From Neocallimastix sp. 'constans' (taxonomy: Eukaryota), in assembly GCA_050613775.1 (NCBI GenBank), contig JBODTK010000134.1, positions 372,001 through 436,000 on the forward strand: 64,000 nucleotides of DNA, read 5' to 3'. Shown here piece after piece: positions 43,536-55,741 of this stretch (position 1 is its first letter; every line of letters starts with the position of its first letter). Both the position numbers and the translations under genes were made by a program. The notes under the pieces are model-generated. The model had not been told where the DNA came from, did not search any database, and saw only the letters and a list, made by a program, of their open reading frames with translations.

Positions 43536-44797
43536 AAAAAAAATTGGTCAAAAAAAAAAAAAAAAAAAGACATATATATTTGAAATATAATCATTTAATT
43601 ATTTTAATAATATAAAATATATTTATTTTATATTATATGATACTATATAATATAAATATATTTATTTCATCCATTAATATATTTAAAATAAAATAAAAAT
43701 AATTATTTGCAGAAATAAAACTAATTATTATAATTAGTAATATCATTAGTATAAGATAAAAAAAAATTTTTTTCCCATATTATATTTAATTTAAAAAAAA
43801 AAAACTTGTTTATTTTAACAATTATTTTAAATTTTTATGTATAATAGATAAATTTCAAATTTTAAGAAGAAATATATATATTTATATTATAGAATAATTA
43901 ATATGCAGTAAATTGAATTTCTAGATAACAATAAAAATTTAAACATAAAAAAAAAAAAATAAAATAAAATAAAATAAAATATAATAAAATAAAATAAAAA
44001 AAATAAATTTATAAAAAAATTTTGTTAATTAAATTAGTTATTAATTGTTGATAAATTTACTATATATATACCATAAAAGGAAATAAAGTATATTAATATT
44101 TTTTTTTAAAAAAAAAAATTTCTATTTATAATTCTAATTATCATTTACTTATTTATTTATAGGATAAATATAATTAATTTTTTTATAAATAAAAAATAAA
44201 TATATATATATAAACTATTATTGTTATAATTACAATTCTTAATATATAAAAAAATTATATATATATAATATTATTTTTGTTTTTGTTTTTATCTTATATT
44301 TTATAATTATATAATAAAACTGTGGATGTCATATATTGTGATTAGTAGTTTTTATTTTTTTTATTTTTATTATTTTTTTATAAACATTTTTAAGCTATAA
44401 TACTAATGATTCAATTTATTATGTATGCCATTAGATCTACCGTTATTAAGGAACATTACACTACATTATTAAGTGTAAAATATATTTTTTTGATAGTATT
44501 ATACAGTGTAACTCTAAATATTTCCAATAATGTAAAGACTATTATTTCTATTCTATTATAGAGAAATGATTATAAATAACATGTATTGGCTTATTCTAAA
44601 ATGAATTTGATCTTTCTTAATATAAAAAAATAATATAATAAATGAAATATACGTATCATTTCTTATTTTTAAGTGTTATATTTAACAGATTAAGCACCTT
44701 ACTGACTCAATAATTCATTAAGAATTATTAATATCAAATTCAAAATATTAAATATTAAACATTCATTAAATATTAAAAATAAAGGAATAGTAATAGT

Positions 44798-45014
44798 TAT
44801 TAACAGTCTGGAATTTATGGTTAATGATTATGTCAACTTTATTAATATATTATATACTCTAGAATTACTCAAGAATTACTCAATGTATAATTCTATGAGC
44901 TTACATGTATTTATATGAATAATATGTGGCTTATACATTTAATTTAATACAATACGTGTCAATACATTATAAATACATTTGACACTTATTTTATATATTT
45001 CACATATTCTAACA
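44798..45014 (-). repeat. 3' LTR (217 bp)
   Basis: tattaacagtctgg...cacatattctaaca; reads identical to 49159-49375. Confidence 0.95.
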
Positions 45015-45023
45015 TTCCCCCTT
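45015..45023 (-). other. Polypurine tract
   Basis: ttccccctt on + (AAGGGGGAA on -) abutting the LTR. Confidence 0.85.
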
Positions 45024-47190
45024 AAACCTAATTATTCAGTAAAGAATAAATTGGTTTACTGATGAATATGTGTATATAAAATTATCCTATTCTCTAATAT
45101 TATACACTTGATACTATTAAATAATAAATTATTTCTTTTCAAACCTAACTTTTAATTTTACATGAATAAAATAGTTTACATTATATTAATTCCTTAATTA
45201 AATTTAAATATTACAAAAATAATTTCTTAAATATATTATTAATCTAATAATTTCCCCCTAAAACTAAATATTTAATATCTTTACACCTTTAATAAATATT
45301 ATATGAATCTATGTCATCTTTAATATAAAATAATTATATGGTTTAAATATACCATTTATATATGATGGAAACCTTTCTCTTGAAGGGTGATATTATACCA
45401 TCTAAAATATGTGAATACCGAATATCTCTTATATATTGGGAATTACATCACTTTTAATTATAATCCGCTTTGTAGATTAGCGCTAACTTTTATATATATA
45501 TTTCGCTTTGTAGTTTTAGCGATAACTATTAAATATTGCTTTATAGATTAGCATTAACTATTAAAATATCGTTTTGTAGATAAACCTTAACTATTATATA
45601 TATTAAGTGTATTAAGTAAATTTTGTTTGGAGTATTAAAATTAAATTAATCTAATATTTTAATTGCGTTATTTTAGACATTTAAATTTATTAATAAATTA
45701 ATATAAATTGTCTTATATCTGATTGAGATTCCATATTTTAGTTAATTTTTCTTGTATGTTAATTTCACTACTTTTCCCTCTTAGGCTTCTATAATTTGCA
45801 AATGTATAATTTTGTCATTATAGCATCTTAAGAAATATTAGTCTTATCATGTATTGAATCTTTAACTATTTCTTGAATATTTCAATTTTCTTATTTTTAC
45901 TGGATAATATCTTTATATGTTGAAGATTATTAACTAGAATTTGATATACGTTTTCTGGTCAGTTATACATAAATTTAAATTTTCAGTGACCACTATTCCC
46001 CCTCAAATCTAAATATTTTGAAATAAATATATAGATTTGTAAATGAAAATTTTAAATTGTTTGCAATAGTTAAATGATTAATTGCACCATACTTTTAATG
46101 AAAGTAATCTAAATTATATAAAATTCAAAAATCAGTTTAATATTATATTTAAACATGAAATATCCGCTTGATTAATTGGAAGTTAAGTACCAATGGCGGC
46201 TAAAACTCACTATTTTAAGTGATAATATGAGGTGTCTAATATATATGAAATGGAGCCCTTTCAATGAAGGTCTAACACCATCTATTATTATTATCTATGA
46301 TTTAGCACATTTCACGCTAAGTTAAATCATGATATTATATTAAATTTAAATGAAAATACCTATGTAATCAATTATTATAATTATTGTAGAATATGCTCAT
46401 TTCACGCTAAGCATTTCTATTTAATTTTATGAATAATATGTACCAATTATTATATATGTTGGTACTTTGTGACATCTTCCTTCGAATATCCGCTTTGTAG
46501 TTAAGCAGTAACTATTAAGTATATTCGGATAAAATTTAAGTATACGTGTTTCACTTTTTAATAAAATACTATATAATAGTGCAATAATTTGGGAGAATAA
46601 TTAACCTCAAGTTAATTATAATTTCTTTCATTTATAAGTAATTTCTTATATATTAATTCTATGTTAAATATAAATAAATGTTGTATATTCTTCTATTATT
46701 TAGAAATGTAAGAATATTTTAATGTGTGCGTGTGAGATTAACTTCTATAAGAAAGATATATGTTATTGTATATTTTAATACATGATATTTACATATTCTA
46801 TGTTTCTTTTCTTTGTCCACATGTATTTATAGTTTTGATTATTGAATTAAATATATGGAAATTTAAATGGTTATTTTATAAAGTGACATAAGGAGTAATT
46901 CTTTGAAAAGTAGACAAACATGAAAATTCTAATATTATTTATACTTTATGAATAAATAATAAATATTAAAATTTAATCATATTCTTCATCTTAATAATTA
47001 ATATATTCATTTAATTCTTTATCTTAATAATTAAAAGATTTATTTAACAAATCAATTAACTTCTATTATTTATGTTTATTTCTCTATTATGATTGAAAAA
47101 TATGTAATTCAGTATTTATGAAATTGCATTATTGTATAGAAAATTGGTATAATGGATAATTCTTGTTAAATAATTATGATAATTTATATT

Positions 47191-48249
47191 TCAGTTATTC
47201 TTACTCTTGGGAATTTTAACTACCTTTTTTATAACCTTTTCCTTTGTAGTAATTTTGGCATATTTACATTTTCCGTATTTGGGATGACATCCATTTAATT
47301 TACTATGTACGATAGATTTTGTTCCAGTTATTGCATTAAATGTCTTATTAAAAGAATCAAACATAATTTCACTATCTGTGGTGACGAGATTTGGTGTACT
47401 AATTTTTCCAACGTAAGGTATACAGATCATATTATCCTGTTTAATGTTAGACATTTTTATGTAATAATCGGTAGTAACTTCACTTATTCCGTTGATATAT
47501 TTTAAAAGTGGAGGATATAATTCAAAAAGTTTATCAAGTAATTCGTCCCTTTTTATGTTTTCTAAGGTATGCACTAATACTATACTTTTAATATTATTTT
47601 TTGGTTTAGCTTTGAATTCATGAGGTGTATAATTAGTATTAAGTCTATAATTTTTAGTCAATCTATTATCCTTATCGTTTAGTATATTTAGACACCAGTA
47701 TACAAAATCAAAAGAATTATTACATATATAATGGAATGAACCAGGTTTAAAATAATGGTTATTTTTTATGTACTTTCTTAGTGATTGTTCCAAAATTTCA
47801 GGTGAGACATATGTATATCCAGTATGATCTAAGGATATCCAGTTCCAATCGCTTTTGTCTTCTGGGATCTCTTTAAATCTTTCTATTCCCATTTTATATT
47901 CCGACCAATGCATTCCATTTGGGTTAAATTCAAATATCCTTCCTTCGATTTGAGTGCCGATGTAAAATCCAGCATGTTTTATACTAATAACATCAATATG
48001 TTCATAATAATAACCATCCTTTTCTAATTCTTGCAATAAAATGTCGTTAAATTCTATATAATCCCAAGATTGTTCATGAAGTGGAATATCTATTTTATGT
48101 AATTGATCAAGTTCTCCATTTTTTATGTTATTAACATAAATAATTTCTCTAAATCCAACCGCAAAAAAATATTCTTTACGGTTTTCAGTAGCATTTGAAC
48201 CGAAGCAAAATAGAATAATATAAATTAAAGTATAATATAACTGTTTCAT
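47191..48249 (-). CDS. Secreted 352-aa protein with PPPDE/permuted papain-like (NlpC/P60-related) domain; predicted catalytic Cys is Ser
   Basis: Signal peptide MKQLYYTLIYIILFCFGSNA; KHAGFYIG...IFEF, GYTYVSPEILEQ and PGSFHYICNNSFDFVYWCL resemble the PPPDE H-x-G and NC-x-x-F motifs. The domain call is from motif recognition only. Confidence 0.75.
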   Translation of the reverse strand: MKQLYYTLIYIILFCFGSNATENRKEYFFAVGFREIIYVNNIKNGELDQLHKIDIPLHEQSWDYIEFNDILLQELEKDGYYYEHIDVISIKHAGFYIGTQIEGRIFEFNPNGMHWSEYKMGIERFKEIPEDKSDWNWISLDHTGYTYVSPEILEQSLRKYIKNNHYFKPGSFHYICNNSFDFVYWCLNILNDKDNRLTKNYRLNTNYTPHEFKAKPKNNIKSIVLVHTLENIKRDELLDKLFELYPPLLKYINGISEVTTDYYIKMSNIKQDNMICIPYVGKISTPNLVTTDSEIMFDSFNKTFNAITGTKSIVHSKLNGCHPKYGKCKYAKITTKEKVIKKVVKIPKSKNN

Positions 48250-48656
48250 TTTAATATTTATGTTTTATGATTAAAATAATGTTTAAAATAAGATATTTGG
48301 AATTATTTGATAATTTGTATTGTATATCTATTATTTGAATTTAAAATTTAATTGTATCAATAACGATTTTCAATATTTATATTATAGGGGTCATGAGTAA
48401 ATAAGCTTGTTTCGACTTAAAATGTTATTTGCATACTAATGTGGTTTATTTATTATCAATTTAAAATTTGAAATTTGATACTTTGTTTTCTTCTAAATTT
48501 AAATTCTTTGTTTACATCCTGACAATGATTACCATAGTTATTTTCAGATTTAAAATCATTTTACTTAAATCCAAAATATTTTATTTATTTTAAAATTCTA
48601 AATTTGTTTATTTTCAAGAATAACAATATCTTAAATATCGTGGAATTTTGGATTCG

Positions 48657-48828
48657 AAACTATATTTCTCAATCTATAAATTTAAATTAATTTTAAATTT
48701 TATTTAAATTCGAAATTTTGAATTTAAATTATTATTGAATGTAAACTATATTTCTCAATCTATAAATTTAAATTAATTTTAAATTTTATTTAAATTCGAA
48801 ATTATGAATTTAAATTATTATTGAATGT
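48657..48828. repeat. 86-bp tandem duplication in the element's 5' leader
   Basis: aaactatatttctcaatc...attgaatgt occurs twice, near-identical. Confidence 0.9.
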
Positions 48829-49140
48829 AATTTAATTCTCATTCGGAATTTAAAATTTATTTATAATTCAATTAAATAAATGGAAAATTTATTTAATTTT
48901 ATCTAGATATTTGATATTTCATAATTTTCAGTTTTCAATTAATATTGTAATTTAAATTTCAATTTTGAAATTTCAAGATCTCAATTTCAGATCTCAAAAG
49001 TATTTTCATATAGTAGAAATAGAATTAAATTAAATCTTGATTTGTAAGGATTAGAATTTCTATAATTTTTTCTTTTACATAAAGTTTTGTCCGGCTTAGG
49101 AATTCTCTTTCAGAGAATCCCTTTGAAAGTCACTGAGAGT

Positions 49141-49158
49141 CCATTGAGACTCTTAATC
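49141..49158 (-). other. Primer-binding site complementary to the anticodon arm of tRNA-Lys(CUU)
   Basis: The + strand reads tgagactcttaatc, matching the eukaryotic tRNA-Lys(CUU) anticodon stem-loop; it abuts the 5' LTR. Confidence 0.75.
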
Positions 49159-49375
49159 TATTAACAGTCTGGAATTTATGGTTAATGATTATGTCAACTT
49201 TATTAATATATTATATACTCTAGAATTACTCAAGAATTACTCAATGTATAATTCTATGAGCTTACATGTATTTATATGAATAATATGTGGCTTATACATT
49301 TAATTTAATACAATACGTGTCAATACATTATAAATACATTTGACACTTATTTTATATATTTCACATATTCTAACA
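49159..49375 (-). repeat. 5' LTR (217 bp; TG...TA on -)
   Basis: Reads identical to 44798-45014. Confidence 0.95.
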
Positions 49376-49380
49376 ATAGT

Positions 49381-50119
49381 CACATTAATTAATGACTAAA
49401 TTAGAAAATTTAACAACTACACGAAGGTCTTCAGAAACTTTAATAAATACAACACAAACAGCAAAGGCAGCAAAGGCGGCAAATTCATCAAAAATAACAA
49501 TGAAAATACTGCTTTTATTGCCATAAAAATGGGCATACTACTGATAACTGCTTTTTCAACCCTATTAAATTTACCAAAGAATAACTACAAAGAAGAAAAT
49601 AATAGCAATAATAATAAACCAAGAAATAAAAATAAAAATAAGAATAAAACATCTTTTAGTTAAAAAAAAAAAAATAGTAAAGGAAACTTTAAATCTTATA
49701 ACGTTAATTATGAAGAACAAAGCAATTCAAATTTAGATACATGTCCATCATTTGACTTCTGTTTCAATATAATAACTAATATTATAGAAGACAATCATAA
49801 TAGCAGTTCAATAACATAAAGGTAAATAAAATAAAAAGGTCTATATCCTAAAAGAAGAAAATAATGATAAAGAAGATTGCAACAGAGAATCATTGATAGT
49901 GGAATAGGAATTAACTTATCCAAAAATATATGAAAAGCACTATCAAACAGCACTATGAAGAATTTTCTAATAAAGAAATTCTATACCCCAATGGACAACC
50001 TGATAAAATTTACAAAAAGGGTATGTACAAAGGAACATGTAAAAATAATAATTTTTCAATTGGCAAAGTATTTTACGCTCCAAACATACAAAATAATTTA
50101 ATTTCCATACCATACTTAT
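49381..50119 (+). mobile_element. Decayed Copia gag-protease remnant (target of the cargo element insertion)
   Basis: Zn knuckle KYCFYCHKNGHTTDNCFFNP (49504-49563), IIDSG (about 49890) and VFYAPNIQNNLISIPYL. Confidence 0.85.
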
Positions 50120-50597
50120 TGTAACCGTAGGGATAGACACAATAGGTAAGTACATATAGAGAGAGATAAAAATATGTCTTATTAAAATATTTTTTATTAA
50201 AAATAAATTTTATTAATATTATGAAATTAAAAATAATAATAATAATAATAATAATAAATAATTAATAAATAATTAATTAACAGATGTAATATTTCAAATT
50301 ACCTACTATTAGTTAATTAATAAAAAACACAAAGAGAAATGTTTTCATTTGCAAAGTTCGTATTATTTATACTTTTGTTAAAAAAAAAAATATGCTGTTT
50401 TAAAATGTATTGATAATATTAAAGAAATATTTAGAAAGATATTAATATTTATACAGAAAGAATATTATTAAAGAAGTTATTATTAATAATTAATAAAATA
50501 TTTTTTTTTTTTTGCAAAATGGGTTGAAGTGTGTGTTTGAACCCATGAGCCTATGGTCAAAGCCATGGTAACTTTACTAACTGAGGACTTCGTTACC
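50120..50597 (-). repeat. Putative 3' LTR of a Gypsy/chromovirus element, with a tRNA-Gln-like segment at its U3 start
   Basis: TGTAAC...GTTAC ends; it cuts the Copia ORF; adjacent tcccttctct is a PPT on -; minus strand reads cctcagttagta...ctttgac...gggttcaaac. Confidence 0.55.
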
Positions 50598-50884
50598 TGA
50601 TCCCTTCTCTAGAATTCAGATACTAGACGAATCTAACAGTTAGGCAAAACGTATGCTAAAACTAATCTAAAATAAAAAAATACTAATTAACAATATTATA
50701 GTAGGAACTTTAAAATAAAATTACATGATATTAATAAAGTTACATGAATAAAATATATAATAATAATACATGAATATTAATGTTTAACAATAATATAAAA
50801 TAAAATTTAATAATAATGATATTGATAAATTAATACATGTTTAATATTAATAAAGTAAAGATTCATTTTCAAGTTTTTACTTTA

Positions 50885-51575
50885 GTTATTTTTGTTAAAT
50901 TCTTCAAAAAGTTCAGAGCAATTTAAATTTGTTTCAGACTCCTAAGCTGCTTCAGATAATGGATATTCTTTCCATTTAATAAGATATTTTATTTTTCCAT
51001 AATAAAGTTTTTTTTTTCAACTTTGTATTCTTCTTCATCATTTACAATTATAGATGGGTGAAGGTGGTTTTTTGTTTTCTTCTAAAAATGATCTTTAAAG
51101 TATAGTTCAAATTCAGAAACCTGAAGGACTGGGCGTATTCTAAGTTTCGTTGATAATTCTAATTTATAGGATACTAATGATAAATTTTCTTAATTATTTT
51201 GAATGGACCAAGCTTTCTTGGTTTTTAATTTTTTGTTTTTGTTTTTGTTTTTTTTTTTTGTTTTTTATTATTTTATTTTATTACCATTGCGAATAATAAA
51301 TGAGCAAGTTAATCCAATAATTTATTACCAAGTTTGAAATTAGAGGGGTTTCAACTCTATGTTTATCCGAGAATTCCTTTTTACTTTTTTATTTCTTGTT
51401 GTAAATTTTCTATGAGTTGGCAAAATCTTGAGCGAATTTGTCAACTCAAGGAACATCGGTATTACTTGGGATTTCAAGGGAATATCTTGGATTGAAACCA
51501 TAATTTACATGAAAAGGGAGAAATTTTTCCTTGATTCTTGAACTATATTATTATAACTAAATTCCCCAAGATATA
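50885..51575 (-). mobile_element. Gypsy chromovirus integrase C-terminus and chromodomain (decayed)
   Basis: PFHVNYGFNPR, LGPFKII, IRPVLQVSE and EEYKVEK...KYLIKWKEYPLSEAA*E. Confidence 0.85.
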
Positions 51576-51599
51576 AAATATATATATATATATATATAT

Positions 51600-52250
51600 A
51601 ATTATTTAATAAAATTTTTGATAATTAATTATATAATAATTAATTAATGTAATAAAATTACATAAATTTATGATTCACTTATATGCAAATTTATTATAAA
51701 TTTATGAATAAACTCCTCCAAAGGAAAAATTTTATTATTTAAATAATTTTGGATAATAAATTTAATTTAAATAATTTATTTAAATTAGTTAATTTTGTTT
51801 AGTTCATTTAATTTTAGTTATTTTATATAACTTAGCTAATTTAGTTTAGTTAGTTTAAAATACTTTAAAATTAATTTCGGAGAAGTTTCAAATAGTCAAA
51901 AATTAATTTAAATAGTTTATAAAAATAGTTTTGAGATGTAAATATATAAACATTAGTATTAATAATATTTATATAATAAATAAAAATTTAATTATTATCG
52001 TAAATAAGTTGAAAGTTTATTGAATTAATTATTGTTTTAGTTTTTAGTTAATTTATTTATTTAATAAAATTATTAATAAATATTTTGTTTATAAATTAAT
52101 AGTAATATATGTAAATTAGATAGGAATGATATATTATAATGTAATCATGAACAAATATAAATACATGTAAATTTTATTATTTAAATCAATGGATTAGTTA
52201 TTGCCTATTATATAGTTAATGACATAATAGAATTTAATAAGTATTTATAA
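51600..52250 (-). repeat. Copy of the ~600-bp AT-rich solo-LTR-like repeat (see 55128-55741)
   Basis: Reverse complement of 55270-55730 and 61295-61680 blocks (taattaattaatgtaataaaat, aaaatactttaaaattaatttcgga). Confidence 0.75.
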
Positions 52251-52609
52251 TAAAAAGATTTATTAAAAAGTAAACCTTTTATTTAATGTTTTTTTTTTTT
52301 AATGGTTATAATCTGATTCTTTAAAAGAAAAACTTGACAGACAGTCAGAACCGAGAATATCACAGTAGGAAGAAGGATTCACATCAACTAAGAATTTAAT
52401 CTTACATTTATAATTATTGTAATTAAAAAGAAATAAGGGAGGAAGAATACCACCAAGAATAATTTATAAGCCTCCAATACTAGAGACTTCAGGAATATTA
52501 GTTTTATTGGAGAAAGAGATATTGGTTTTCTTTATTAAATGTAAATATCCATTAAACTGAATTTGAGAAGCTCAATTTAATCTTAACTTTTGATGGCTGA
52601 AGAGGCATG

Positions 52610-53530
52610 AAAATATAACAAAATCTATTAACTCCTGTGACCAATGTGCAAAAAATAAAGTTAGTAGACACAATGAGATATTACTTATTAAGATTCTTTA
52701 GTTGTTCCTAATAGTCTTTAGAAATCAATTGAAATAGATTTCTTATGTGGACTTCCTGAATTTAAGAAACATACAGTGATTATGATTGTTGTTAATCGTT
52801 TCTCAAAAATAATTCACTTAATACCTTTTAAGGAACTACTAAAATACAGAAGAAACAGTTGAAACTTTTATAAAAAAAAAAATAAATAAATATTTTTAGA
52901 GTACAGGAATCACCTGAAGATATATACACTTGATAGAAGTTCATAATTTACAGGTGAATTATGACTTGAACTTATTGAAAAAACTTTGGATTCAACCAAA
53001 GATTGCTACCTCCGATCATCATGAAACCGTTAGACAAGTAGAACTTTACAATTCATTCATTAAACAATATTTAAGATAACATTCAAGAGCCTTTTATCAT
53101 TATGACGTAGTCTAATGGTTACATCTTACAGAATTTTTTTATAATAATACTATTTATGAATCTACCAAATAAACTCCATCCTTTATTTACTTAGGTTTTA
53201 GTCCATCAATCGATGATATTTTCTTATTATGGTACTAATTCATAATTTAAATTTATTCAAAATGTGAGTAATACCTTTCCTATAGTTAAAGAAGTGCTAC
53301 GTCATCCACAGAACTTATATAAATAAAAAAGACAAGCTGACAAGAAAAGAATAGTCCCTCCAGAATTAAAAAAAAGAAAACCAAAAAAGTTTGAATTAGT
53401 GCCCCTTCAGCTTTTCCTACTAATGAATACTGAAAATCAAAATACTTGCTCCACGCAAGAATGCTCCTTATAAAGTTTTGGAAGTTCTTACCTAATGATA
53501 ATTATAAAATTGACATTTCCAAATCACCTT
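52610..53530 (+). mobile_element. Decayed Gypsy integrase fragment
   Basis: SCDQCAKNKVSRH, IEIDFLCGLP, IVVNRFSKIIHLIP and DRSS*FT, with frameshifts. Confidence 0.85.
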
Positions 53531-53959
53531 TTTTGTTTCTAAATATTTAATATTTAGAAACCAAAGGGTTTGGACTATCTTAATATAGTTAATTTGATTT
53601 AATCTAACCCATAAAATTGACAATGATAAAACGATAACTTCACAAATATTGGGATTTTCCAGTTGAATTTAAAAATGAAATTATATTGATTAGAAAAGCT
53701 TTGCACAAGATCTACGGCATATATTAATTTTAATTCATTTGGACCACTAGAACATGAGATATCGGATTTTTAAAGAATTTTAGATTTATATAAAACTAAT
53801 CTAACATAACCTATCAAATTAATTATAACAAAAGCGTATTATTTCTTAGTATTAATCTTTATAAAAATTTATTATTAATTTATTAAATAAAAAATTTTAA
53901 TAAAATATAAAATTTTGTGAATAATTATATAATTTTAATTAACTGTTATAATTAATAAA

Positions 53960-54365
53960 ACATCTTAGCCTGATCATTATAACTCAAAACTAAAACTCTC
54001 GAAATACTTGATTAGATCACCATTTCAATCAAAATCTTCAAAACATTTTTAGAAAGCAATATCATTAAGTAAGAAAAGAATGATAAAATAAATGGTAAAG
54101 ATGGCAAAAATTAGTAAACTCAAACAAAGAAAAAAAGACGGATCAACAAAGCAAACAAGAAAGCATTACCATTGTAATTTATACATACTGATATCATTGG
54201 ACCACCTGCGCCATCATTTAGTGGATACAAATTAATATAGCTTTAATCAATAAATTACATTAATAAATGCTCAGTTTATTGACTTAAAACATTAAATCTG
54301 AGGCAGTACAGAAATTTACTGAGTTTCCAACAAACTTTATGAAAAATACACAAGTAAATTACAGC
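53960..54365 (+). mobile_element. Decayed Copia integrase fragment, probable continuation of 49381-50119
   Basis: IHTDIIGP and KSEAVQKFTEF motifs. Confidence 0.7.
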
Positions 54366-54416
54366 ATAAAGGCCCATCCAGACTATTCGAAATCGAAATG
54401 AAAATATAGAAATTAG

Positions 54417-54447
<31 letters not shown>

Positions 54448-55127
54448 TAAAAAAAAAAAAAATTTAAGAGTAAAGATAATCTTAAAACTCGTTATTATAT
54501 AAAAATGGATTATTCAAAATATAAAAAATGGAGGAGATCTTTTTATAAGAAAAATAATTTTAGTAGTACCTGATAATGATAAAACATACAAAATTATTAA
54601 GCTTTATAGGTTTTTTTACGATATGATTTCAGTTTTCTTCCATAATAAAATGGAAAACCATTTAAATTCTCATTGAGAACCTGTAAGGATTGTAACACAT
54701 CCACAATTACTAAGCTAACCAATAAAAGTTATGTGTTACCCAGGGGTTAATGCTTTAGAATGTCGTCGAAAGATTTTCTAAAAATGGAAGAATCACTTAA
54801 AATAAAAGGAAATATTTCAGGGCATGGAAAAAATAAAAATTATGATTTATGTCGTTGCGAAGAAACTAGTAAACATAGAGCGATTCATTTGGAATTCAAT
54901 AGAGGAAAAAAAAATAAAAAAAATATAAAAAAAAAATATAAATAAAAAAAATAAAAATAAAAAAAAAAACGTTAAATGGTTAACGTTTATAAATTTAATT
55001 AAGGATTAAACTTTTATTTCAAGTAAAATCTTATCATTATTCAGATTGTTTAAATAATAGGAAAAAAAACTTTATCAGAAGATAAACATTAATAAATAAA
55101 AATTATTGTGTAAAGTAATAGAGGCAC

Positions 55128-55741
55128 TGTAATGATTTCTAAATGAAACAGATTACAAATAACGAAATTTTAACACTAAAATTAAAACACGTAATAAAAA
55201 TTTATTTTTTAAATAAAATAATCTTAATAAAAACAAATCACTTATTAACTAGTTGATAGTCAATAATACATCGATTTAAATAATGAATTTTACATGTATT
55301 TATATTTTTTCATGATTTCATTTTAATATATCAAACCTATTTAATATACATATATTACTATTTTTATAAACAAAATATTAATAATTTTATTAAATAATAA
55401 TTAACTAAAACTAAACAATAATTAATTCAATAAACTTTCAACTAATTTTAACTATTTAAAACTATTCCGAAATTAATTTTAAAGTATTTTAAACTAACTA
55501 AACTAAATTAACTAAGTTAAATAAAATAGCTAAATTAAATAAACTAAATTAACTAACTTAAATAAATTATTTAGATTAAATTTATTATCCAAAATTATTT
55601 AAATAATAATTTATCCTTTATGAAAAGTTTACTTAAATTTATAATTAATTTTCATATACGTAAATCATAAATTTATGTAATTTTATTACATTAATTAATT
55701 ATTATATAATTAATTATTAAAGATTTTATTAAATCTTTACA
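55128..55741 (+). repeat. 614-bp solo-LTR-like repeat, TGTAA...TTACA
   Basis: Starts tgtaatgatttct (as at 61681) and ends aaatctttaca (reverse complement at 62364); it truncates the adjacent Gypsy integrase. Confidence 0.7.

Larger units (their letters stand above)
44798..49375 (-). mobile_element. Complete non-autonomous Copia-type LTR retroelement (4578 bp) carrying a cargo gene
   Basis: Matching 217-bp LTRs, TSD ATAGT (44793-44797, 49376-49380), PPT at 45015-45023, PBS at 49141-49158; no gag/pol motifs seen inside. Confidence 0.92.

Noticed and set aside
47191..48249. Retroviral env gene
   Set aside because: No C-terminal transmembrane helix or fusion-protein pattern was seen; the motifs fit a PPPDE-like fold better.
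50515..50592. Functional tRNA-Gln gene
   Set aside because: Acceptor and T stems do not pair properly; treated as a tRNA-like relic within a putative LTR.
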